Part shown: positions 19,623-25,902 of the stretch, in pieces
How the letters are laid out: every line of letters starts with the position of its first letter
Numbering within the stretch: the first letter of the stretch is position 1
From: Endozoicomonas arenosclerae
Lineage (GTDB): Bacteria > Pseudomonadota > Gammaproteobacteria > Pseudomonadales > Endozoicomonadaceae
Assembly (NCBI RefSeq): GCF_001562015.1
Contig: NZ_LASA01000143.1
Span: 15,942-47,941 of the forward strand
Length of the DNA stretch: 32,000 nt
Reading direction: 5' to 3'
Notes under the pieces: generated by a model
Told to the model about the DNA's origin: nothing
The model's database searches: none
The model's input: only the letters and a program-made list of their open reading frames with translations
Made by a program: the position numbers and the translations under genes

Positions 19623-20215
19623 AGCTGCCCATCCCTGAGTTTTTAAAAAGGTACTGGCATTTTCTGACCCGCCCTCTGGCGTTGGCGCTCTGGATTATTC
19701 TGGCATTCGGCTTTTTCGCAGGCATCATTTTCTGGGGTGGTTTTAACACCATGATGGAGATGAGTAACACAGAAGCCTTCTGTACCAGCTGTCATGAAAT
19801 GCGAGACAACGTTTTCGAAGAAATGAAAACCACCATTCACTACAGCAACCGCTCCGGAGTCAGGGCCAGTTGTCCTGACTGCCACGTCCCCCATGAGTGG
19901 ACTCACAAGATTGTTCGCAAGGTTCAGGCCAGCAAAGAACTCTGGGGCAAAATTACCGGCAAGATTGATACCCCCAGAAAGTTTGAAGAGCATCGACTGC
20001 AGATGGCCATGCGTGAATGGGATCGTATGAAAAAGAACGACTCCAGAGAATGCCGGAACTGCCATAACTTTGATTCAATGGACTTTTCACTGCAATCCAA
20101 ACGGGCTGCCCATATGCACAGCACGGCCCTGGCGTCAGGAGAGTTAACCTGCATTGATTGCCACAAAGGCATTGCCCACAAACTGCCTGATATGTCGGGC
20201 GTACCGGGCTGGTAA
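19619..20215 (+). CDS. napC: Tetrahaem cytochrome c NapC (NapC/NirT family)
   Basis: N-terminal TM helix and four CxxCH motifs (CTSCH, CPDCH, CRNCH, CIDCH). ATGA overlap with napB. Confidence 0.9.
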
Positions 20216-20264
20216 TTTACGACTATACTCTTCTATTGTAAGGGCAACACAGAGAGGTCTGTTT

Positions 20265-20405
20265 ATGAGCGTTCTGGAAACAGTCATCTGGTACACACTG
20301 GGCTACATGGTCATGCCCCTGATTTTTCTCGGTGGCTATGCCGCTACCGCCTTTATTGCCTGTCTGTTGATTGACTGGCTGAAGCTGGATCAGAAGACTT
20401 CGTGA
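20265..20405 (+). CDS. Small hydrophobic membrane protein (46 aa)
   Basis: MSVLETVIWYTLGYMVMPLIFLGGYAATAFIACLLIDWLKLDQKTS. ATG 20265 follows agagagg (20251-20257). Its stop overlaps the GTG of the next gene (gtga). A loose P-x-GGY resemblance to NapE-type peptides is unverified. Confidence 0.5.
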   Translation: MSVLETVIWYTLGYMVMPLIFLGGYAATAFIACLLIDWLKLDQKTS

Positions 20406-20671
20406 GAAACACTCTGCTAGTGTCGTTCGCTTTTACAGGCTTAGCAGGCTGTTCGTTTTACTCGCCCGAAGATGGACAGGAGCATTTTATGCCCATGAGA
20501 GCCTTTGAGGTGGGGAAAGTGCTCTATAAAGATGTCGGTGACTGCACTCGGGCAGACTTTAAAAACTGTGTAATACAACCAGCAGCAGACCAGCCTGTTC
20601 TCGGCATTCCGGCTGGTTTAAGTAATCAGGAACTGGAAGCATTAGTTAAAAAGCGATCTGGATCACACTGA
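20402..20671 (+). CDS. Small lipoprotein (89 aa)
   Basis: MRNTLLVSFAFTGLAGCSF has a lipobox (LAGC). The GTG start overlaps the preceding stop. Confidence 0.6.
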   Translation: MRNTLLVSFAFTGLAGCSFYSPEDGQEHFMPMRAFEVGKVLYKDVGDCTRADFKNCVIQPAADQPVLGIPAGLSNQELEALVKKRSGSH

Positions 20672-20675
20672 ATCA

Positions 20676-20723
20676 TCAAAACAACCCCATTCGCACATCA
20701 ATCAGGGTATTAAAATCCAGATT
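20676..20723 (-). pseudogene. Displaced remnant copy of the last 15 codons plus stop of polB
   Basis: tcaaaacaaccccattcgcacatcaatcagggtattaaaatccagatt is 43/48 identical to the true polB 3' end at 25903-25950. The reverse complement reads NLDFNTLIDVRMGLF-stop versus NLDFNTLIDEQMGLF-stop. Confidence 0.8.
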
Positions 20724-20742
20724 AAGGCTATTCGAAGATTCC

Positions 20743-21120
20743 TTAGTTGCTATAAAAAGTATCTATTTGGTCACAAAATTCAGTGGCCTTTAAACCAAGT
20801 AGTGGCTTCCATGAGGATTTATCTAGCCCCCTATAATTCATCATTCCTTCAAGCAACTCAGTAGTGATTAAAGCTTCAACTTCAGAGTCTCTATGCTCTA
20901 TAAACTCTTCAATCAGAGAAAAAAGTTCATCAATACTATCATAATTTTTGTTCAGAATATTTGAAGGAATAAGCTCTGAGAGAGTTACAATTACAATATT
21001 AAACATGAATATTCCATCTAAAGAAATCCAATCATTTGCAGTTGCAACGAGACGTTCTCTATATCCTAGATATACTTTACAAATCCTGTTAAGCATTTCC
21101 AGTTTATTTATTTCTTTCAT
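20743..21120 (-). CDS. Hypothetical small helical protein, immunity-like (125-128 aa)
   Basis: AT-rich ORF with no recognisable catalytic motif or signal peptide. Acidic helical segment ELFSLIEEFIEHRDSEVEALITTELLEGMM. ATG 21120 is preferred over GTG 21129. Context is an immunity-gene array. Confidence 0.45.
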   Translation of the reverse strand: MKEINKLEMLNRICKVYLGYRERLVATANDWISLDGIFMFNIVIVTLSELIPSNILNKNYDSIDELFSLIEEFIEHRDSEVEALITTELLEGMMNYRGLDKSSWKPLLGLKATEFCDQIDTFYSN

Positions 21121-21170
21121 TGCTAGCACTTACCTTTGTTTAAACTTCAAAGCATCTTCAAGATCTTTAA

Positions 21171-21293
21171 TTAAATTTCCAGTACTACAGAGGGTAATTT
21201 GAAGTAGGAAGCGCCTTTTTTGCTTATTTCTTTATCCCAAAAAAGCTCTGAAACACTTTTATCTAACAAAAATGCAAATATTTCATGGTAACC
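21171..21293 (-). pseudogene. Start-less fragment of a paralogue of the 22338-22805 gene
   Basis: 81 nt (21192-21272) are 78/81 identical to 22644-22724. The fragment translates to ..HEIFAFLLDKSVSELFWDKEISKKGASYFKLPSVVLEI-stop, versus SIFLLDKGVSELFWDKEISNKGASYFKLPNDCW in the intact gene. It has no start codon and a premature stop. Confidence 0.75.
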
Positions 21294-21405
21294 TCACTTA
21301 GGCTTATTACATTCTTTACAGTTTTTATATTCCTCTAACGGATTTTTGGACCTTTAGGTGCGCTTCAGAAGTAAGTTTGACGTCTGTGGTGAGAGGGAGT
21401 GAGAG

Positions 21406-21804
21406 TCATGAGAGAAAGTCCATTTTAGATAGCTTAGGTAGAATTTCTGTATCAAGCGTTGAGCGTATCTCTGTTAATGAGTCTCCCACTTCTACCATTC
21501 TGTTGTTAAGTGCAGGTTGGCTTTCCCAGAAACTCTGAGGGAGGTCCAATAATACTGAGGCTAAGTCTCCAACATAGAGGTTTCCGGAACAAAGTGGATT
21601 TTCCTCCAAAAGAGTCAAGGCAATAGGAACCAGATATTCAAGCCCGATACGCTGGCTAATCAGGAGTCTGAGATCTTCAGGAGTAAGATCTTCAAGCTTT
21701 TTTGTACTTGCTTCCCTGAGTCGATCGATCAGTCTGCTATCAAGACCTGATTTTTGCAGTCTGGTTCGAAGTTCGGTTAGTTCATAGGCTGTAGAATGAC
21801 TCAT
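21406..21804 (-). CDS. Contact-dependent-growth-inhibition-type immunity protein (CdiI-like), orphan
   Basis: LTPEDLRLLISQRIGLEYLVPIALTLLEENPLCSGNLYVGDLASVLLDLPQSFW matches the pattern (EDLR-MIGQ-x-L-x-L-P-AL-x-L-x-PL-EGD-Y-GDLL-VL...W). I recall that pattern for proteins annotated as CDI system immunity proteins; from memory, not searched. Confidence 0.6.
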   Translation of the reverse strand: MSHSTAYELTELRTRLQKSGLDSRLIDRLREASTKKLEDLTPEDLRLLISQRIGLEYLVPIALTLLEENPLCSGNLYVGDLASVLLDLPQSFWESQPALNNRMVEVGDSLTEIRSTLDTEILPKLSKMDFLS

Positions 21805-21875
21805 TGATTGATGCCTGATTAACGGAGTATTTTTCCAGAATAATGCAAATTATCAGCATTCTAGACCTTCTCAGT

Positions 21876-22307
21876 TCAAACGTGCTCTGAAAATACAATT
21901 TGTTCTATATCAATACTCTTGCCAGAAAAAACCCTATCCAATCGTTCAATGTACCATGTAACGTCGGTCCTTCGAGATTTGCCAACAACCTTTCGGCCAA
22001 TCGATAGGGTAATTGAGAATGAACTGTCAGTATGAAAAAGTACTTCGCCGCCGCTCATTGTGTCTTGCCAAGTGAATACAACACCTACTAATTCTCCACG
22101 CTTAACTTTTTCGTCTGCGAGCTCGATCAAGGCTTGATCAGTTAATTGTTCATTCTGCCAATTAAAGTCATCAACATCACCAATAGGTAAAAAACTGACT
22201 TTTCCAGAGTCGTTAAGCGTCCAGCCTGCGTCAAGAAACATCTGGATCAGTGTGGGAATAGCAAAGCTTTTGGCAAGTTGTATATCGATACTGGCTGAGA
22301 TTGACAC
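21876..22307 (-). CDS. Hypothetical small cytoplasmic protein, immunity-like (143 aa)
   Basis: ORF with a GTG start and no obvious SD. No motifs recognised. The call rests on context and size; start uncertain. Confidence 0.4.
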   Translation of the reverse strand: MSISASIDIQLAKSFAIPTLIQMFLDAGWTLNDSGKVSFLPIGDVDDFNWQNEQLTDQALIELADEKVKRGELVGVVFTWQDTMSGGEVLFHTDSSFSITLSIGRKVVGKSRRTDVTWYIERLDRVFSGKSIDIEQIVFSEHV

Positions 22308-22337
22308 TTAATGTAACCTGTCAACGACTTAAGGGTA

Positions 22338-22805
22338 TTAAGATACTTTCAAAATATCACCAATTGGTCTGAATAAAATGGCTTCTCTATTTATTGGATT
22401 GGATGGAATCAATATAGGGCAGTCATCATCAATAGCAAGAAAATCATCCCAGAACTCTAAAAAAACACTCCAGCTTGATTCTAGAATAATGCATTTACTA
22501 ATACAGAATCTGACAGTTTCTTTATCGCTCCATTTAAACTTGGATTTCAGAATATTAGATACTGGTATATTGTCGCTTTTATTATAAAAATCTAGCCAAC
22601 TTCCAATAAGATCACTCTCGCCAGAAACAAGCCAGCAATCATTGGGTAATTTGAAGTAGGAAGCACCTTTGTTGCTTATTTCTTTATCCCAAAAAAGCTC
22701 TGAAACACCTTTATCTAACAAAAAGATGCTATTTCTGGGAATAGAGTCAAAATACTCTCTGTAACGAGTGCGCTCAACAGGTAGAGACTCAGCTTTATTT
22801 GTCAT
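22338..22805 (-). CDS. Hypothetical small protein, immunity-like (155 aa); parent of the 21171-21293 fragment
   Basis: ATG 22805 (MTNKAESLP...) is preferred over TTG 22814. A second partial copy in the island indicates a multi-copy cassette family. Confidence 0.5.
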   Translation of the reverse strand: MTNKAESLPVERTRYREYFDSIPRNSIFLLDKGVSELFWDKEISNKGASYFKLPNDCWLVSGESDLIGSWLDFYNKSDNIPVSNILKSKFKWSDKETVRFCISKCIILESSWSVFLEFWDDFLAIDDDCPILIPSNPINREAILFRPIGDILKVS

Positions 22806-22994
22806 CTTGTACAACCCGAGAGATTATCCATAGATTGGTATATAACCTATGCTTTTTCGTCTGGCAACTACCATACCTACAACTAAACAGCGGGATACTG
22901 ATTAACTCTTATATTTTCTCAGGAGAGACTTTTGGTAGCAGGCTTCTGGTTGAAGTGAGTTGGCAAGCACTTATCTGTCGAGAAAAGCCAAACT

Positions 22995-23016
22995 CTGGCT
23001 TCTAGTGGTAAGCCAG
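22995..23016 (-). terminator. Weak candidate terminator hairpin after the second immunity paralogue
   Basis: Stem ctggctt / aagccag (22995-23001 / 23010-23016). On the minus strand it is followed by agtttggcttttct. The stem is short and the T-run interrupted. Confidence 0.3.
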
Positions 23017-23088
23017 CAGAACCATTAGCCACCATCGATGACTTGCCTGCTCAAAGAGGGAGAGCAGACTATAGAGCTATCAATAAGC

Positions 23089-23622
23089 TTATGTGCCTAA
23101 CTCATCAGGGTTTAATACCCGATACGTGCGAGCAGCTGCTTCAACAACATTACTCCAACCTTCGCAATCTATGACCTCTAACGCACTATCACTATTGCAT
23201 GATTTATAAAAGTTGAACAACACCTTAGCCATATGAATCATGGCTTCAGCTTCAGCACTATTTTTAAAGACAGAGCCAATATAACTGTGCGCATTTTCAA
23301 GATAGTCCATATCTTCTATAAGAATGTCAGTGGCGCAATCGTACCAATCACCAACGTCAGGGGGCATGCTGTCGTGAGTCTCCATATAAGGCTGCCATTT
23401 TTTTTGAAACATCTTTTGATAATCAAAATCCCTTAAATCATCCAAACTATGTAATGTATTGTCCCGCATTTGCGGATATATAACTTCTTCACAGCTTTTC
23501 ATTATGGGCTCCAATTGAAACGGGACACTCATACAATTTGATACTATTTCCATTCTCTGAAAATGAGTGTCCTTCATGCCTCCGAACCGGTTTAAGCGAT
23601 TAGTTGAAAGTGGAGCCCTCAT
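23089..23622 (-). CDS. Immunity-like protein, paralogue 2
   Basis: Shares LDDLRDFDYQ / LDDLRNKDYQ, IG-x-x-FKN-x-x-EAE and EGWSNVVEAAARTYR / PEWKNVLDAADKAYR with the upstream gene. The start is either ATG 23622 (ATGA overlap) or ATG 23502. The latter is preceded by ggag at 6 nt and gives 137 aa, close to the paralogue length. Confidence 0.6.
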   Translation of the reverse strand: MRAPLSTNRLNRFGGMKDTHFQRMEIVSNCMSVPFQLEPIMKSCEEVIYPQMRDNTLHSLDDLRDFDYQKMFQKKWQPYMETHDSMPPDVGDWYDCATDILIEDMDYLENAHSYIGSVFKNSAEAEAMIHMAKVLFNFYKSCNSDSALEVIDCEGWSNVVEAAARTYRVLNPDELGT

Positions 23623-23999
23623 GGCATCTGTTTCTCTGGTTTGGTCATAGAACGATATGCTTTATCAGCAGCATCTAGAACATTCTTCCATTCAGGCAAG
23701 TTAATATATTCTTCGTCCGTGAGCTCTGTGCCGTATTTTTTAAAGATTGTATCGAGTTCTAGACATAGTATCCCAACGAGTTCAGCTTCTATTTCGTTTT
23801 TCAAAAACCACCCTATACAGCTATTGGGGTCTGTTGCTAGCTGAGTATCATCAAAGAGGAAGTGAATGGAGTTATCCAGTTCATCAAACTGGACATCGCT
23901 AGTAAAATTCTTATTTACCCATACCGCAATCTGATAATCTTTATTCCTTAGATCATCGAGATAGCCAATCAGTTCTTCATACATTTCCGGATATTTCAT
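23619..23999 (-). CDS. Immunity-like protein, paralogue 1 (126 aa), immediately downstream of the toxin gene
   Basis: MKYPEMYEELIGYLDDLRNKDYQ... Acidic, no signal peptide, 16 nt after the toxin stop. ATG 23999 is preferred over the 24056 start, which would overlap the toxin ORF by 41 nt. Confidence 0.6.
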   Translation of the reverse strand: MKYPEMYEELIGYLDDLRNKDYQIAVWVNKNFTSDVQFDELDNSIHFLFDDTQLATDPNSCIGWFLKNEIEAELVGILCLELDTIFKKYGTELTDEEYINLPEWKNVLDAADKAYRSMTKPEKQMP

Positions 24000-24015
24000 T
24001 TCTGATGCTCTTTTT

Positions 24016-24774
24016 CTAGTTTGGTGAGTCCCATTTCTTCCAAGAAATATATTCACTTAAAGGAATGTGTGCATGTTCTCCATTATTTTTGATAGAGCCA
24101 ACAATTGGCAACCCATCTCTCCCTAGAACTTTACCACTACTGCGAACAATAACATGATCAACCTGTTGAGATGGTAGACTATGGTTAGGATTCCCTTTAT
24201 CAATTCTAATTCCATTTCCTTTATTTTCAGGATCGAACCAACGCTTACCGATGCCTTTTCGAATATCTGTGGGTTCTATCCATCTTTCGGGGATTTTGTG
24301 AATTACTTCATCTGGTATTTTCCATTCCGAATAATACACCGGAACCCCCCGGTGCGCCTCAGGACTCCAAAGGATAACCAGTTCACCTTCTGAGGCTGGG
24401 AGCTCAAGGGTTGTCGGGCCTGAAGTCTCACTAACCGGGGTTGTATAAATAACAACCTGACGGGCATCAAGGTTATCAGGATAACCCTCAATACCTATTT
24501 CAGGGGGCTTTTCCGGGGTCCATGTCAGGCCAATGCCATTGGGCAGCATGACTGTGTTTGAATTGAGTGTCAGGACATCAATGGGTTGGCCCTGAGCATT
24601 ATGGTATACAGGCAGGCCTGAGTGATCTTTCCCCTGGTAGTTGAGCTTTTCACGATGAAACTTCAGATCAGCGTCATCCGATAAAGAAGCTGGCCAGAAT
24701 AAGGCTGATAGGGGAATCGCTCTGGCAGTGACTTGTGGAGCAGGTTTAAGCCATTGTCCCAGATTTTCAAACAT
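24016..24774 (-). CDS. Polymorphic-toxin / S-type-pyocin-like C-terminal module (252 aa)
   Basis: GLTWTPEKPPEIGIEGYP..ARQVVIYTTPVSE..GELVILWSPEAHRGVPVYYSE resembles the S-type pyocin domain pattern (TP...P...D-x-I-x-FP..SG-x-P-x-Y; from memory). The basic, His-rich C-terminal ~90 aa (GKRWFDPENKGNGIRIDKGNPNH..VDHVIV..GEHAHIPL) has no TM segments. Immunity-like genes follow. Confidence 0.55.
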   Translation of the reverse strand: MFENLGQWLKPAPQVTARAIPLSALFWPASLSDDADLKFHREKLNYQGKDHSGLPVYHNAQGQPIDVLTLNSNTVMLPNGIGLTWTPEKPPEIGIEGYPDNLDARQVVIYTTPVSETSGPTTLELPASEGELVILWSPEAHRGVPVYYSEWKIPDEVIHKIPERWIEPTDIRKGIGKRWFDPENKGNGIRIDKGNPNHSLPSQQVDHVIVRSSGKVLGRDGLPIVGSIKNNGEHAHIPLSEYISWKKWDSPN

Positions 24775-24780
24775 CAGAGC

Positions 24781-25077
24781 CTAGTCTGCTCCGGTCATGA
24801 TCTGAGTACTGTCAGCAATGGCTGAAAGAGGGCCAGCCAGCAATACTCCGATATCGGAGAGCTGGTAGAAAGGGCAGGTTTCGGAAGTGCAGTGATCAGT
24901 CACTAAAATTTGATCAGAGAGCAAATCGGCGCCTGAATCTTCGTCGTCTCCCCGGTTTTCTTCAAAACTGAAAGCAGAAAGGTCTGGGAGAATTTGCTTC
25001 TGGTAGTGAGTTTGGTATCGGTGCATGAGGCTTACACTTCTTGTTGCCTGACCAAGAAGGTTGTTTTTTTGAGCCAC
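24781..25077 (-). CDS. N-terminal piece of the toxin reading frame (98 codons), separated from the 252-aa ORF by one in-frame TAG
   Basis: Same frame as 24016-24774 (25077 and 24774 are both divisible by 3). The junction reads ..IMTGAD-TAG-AL-MFENLGQW. GTG start lies 4 nt after the DUF2283 stop. The acidic linker and ..LLAGPLSAIADSTQIMTGAD tail are reminiscent of pre-toxin TG regions (tentative). Confidence 0.45.
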   Translation of the reverse strand: MAQKNNLLGQATRSVSLMHRYQTHYQKQILPDLSAFSFEENRGDDEDSGADLLSDQILVTDHCTSETCPFYQLSDIGVLLAGPLSAIADSTQIMTGAD

Positions 25078-25081
25078 CGGA

Positions 25082-25297
25082 TTAGGTTATATCCATTCCT
25101 ATTATTGAGCCTTCCTCATCAAAATCCAGATAAATATCTGGCCCTTTGTAATCATTGATCAGGTCGGCCAAACGCAGCTGTTTTCTTACTAAACCAGATA
25201 TAGCAACCTGAGGATGTTTAGGAAGATACAAATATGCAACTTCTGGGTCGCTTGAACTGACTTTAAGCTTAATTTTTTGTCTTGGCATTACAATCAC
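25082..25297 (-). CDS. DUF2283-like small protein (68-71 aa)
   Basis: PEVAYLYLPKHP....IYLDFDEEGSIIGMDI matches the DUF2283 pattern (D-x-LY-x-x-L ... -x-D-x-D-x-x-G-x-x-x-G-x-E-I). GTG 25297 overlaps the upstream stop (GTGA); alternative ATG at 25288. Confidence 0.6.
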   Translation of the reverse strand: MIVMPRQKIKLKVSSSDPEVAYLYLPKHPQVAISGLVRKQLRLADLINDYKGPDIYLDFDEEGSIIGMDIT

Positions 25298-25779
25298 TTT
25301 GCTATCAGTACTGTCTTAAGTTTCGCTGAACCATTTTTACTAATTTGATAAACGGCCAACCCATCAAGCCACTGCTCCAGCAAGAACAGAAGCTGGAAAA
25401 CCATGCCGGTTCGAGGTGTGTCGCTCAAATTCTGGAAAAATGCAGTTCTTTGTTCAAAAGCTTCTTGCTCTTCCATCCATCGCCAGTAGAGTGGCAGAAC
25501 AATGGCCAGGCTATCCGCCTCTGAGGCATGCAAGGTAATGAATTGCTCATACGCATGAATAGCCTGATCCGTTTGGCCACGGTCTTCCAGAAGAAAGATG
25601 TGACTTAATGGGTCAACCCAGTCAATGCTCTTTTCTTTGGCGAGCCGAAGCATGGATTCACGACTGTCGGCTTGTTCATAAGAAAGCCAGGGAACAGGTG
25701 CAGCCTGGAGTGCAGCGGTCATCAGCAGAAGTGTCGTACAAAGAAAAAGTCGACCAATAGGGAGAAACACTGCGCTCAT
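25294..25779 (-). CDS. Secreted/periplasmic helical protein of unknown function (161 aa)
   Basis: Signal peptide MSAVFLPIGRLFLCTTLLLMTAALQA-AP. The rest is predicted helical and Trp/Glu-rich. First gene after polB. Confidence 0.55.
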   Translation of the reverse strand: MSAVFLPIGRLFLCTTLLLMTAALQAAPVPWLSYEQADSRESMLRLAKEKSIDWVDPLSHIFLLEDRGQTDQAIHAYEQFITLHASEADSLAIVLPLYWRWMEEQEAFEQRTAFFQNLSDTPRTGMVFQLLFLLEQWLDGLAVYQISKNGSAKLKTVLIAK

Positions 25780-25902
25780 AATTACAGCTTTTTTTGTAAC
25801 GTGACTGATCAGTTAATGAGCGCTTAAAGGTAGATCAGCTGTGAGGGACTGCAAATTTTTGCGTATTAAAATAGACACTCGTAATGAATGGTTATAAACA
25901 GC

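Noticed and set aside
20154-20264. 83-aa version of the small membrane protein ORF
   Set aside because: The first 37 codons overlap napC in another frame. The internal ATG 20265 with SD agagagg is the plausible start.
24000-24056. Longer start (24056) for the first immunity paralogue
   Set aside because: It would overlap the toxin ORF by 41 nt and add a basic leader (MNIFLGRNGTHQTRKRASE) absent from the paralogue. ATG 23999 is preferred.
24016-24300. Assigning the toxin C-terminal domain to HNH/colicin-DNase, PD-(D/E)xK, deaminase or ART families
   Set aside because: Candidate His/Asn/His residues (VDH...KNNGEHAH) have the wrong spacing for a beta-beta-alpha-Me motif. No HAE/PCxxC or R-S-E signatures are present. 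The fold is left unassigned.
20724-25902. Integrase, transposase, tRNA or terminal inverted repeats that would explain island mobility
   Set aside because: None of the ten ORFs shows recombinase motifs (no R-H-R-Y or DDE patterns noticed), and no tRNA-like sequence is present. The island is reported as recombinase-less rather than as a defined mobile-element class.
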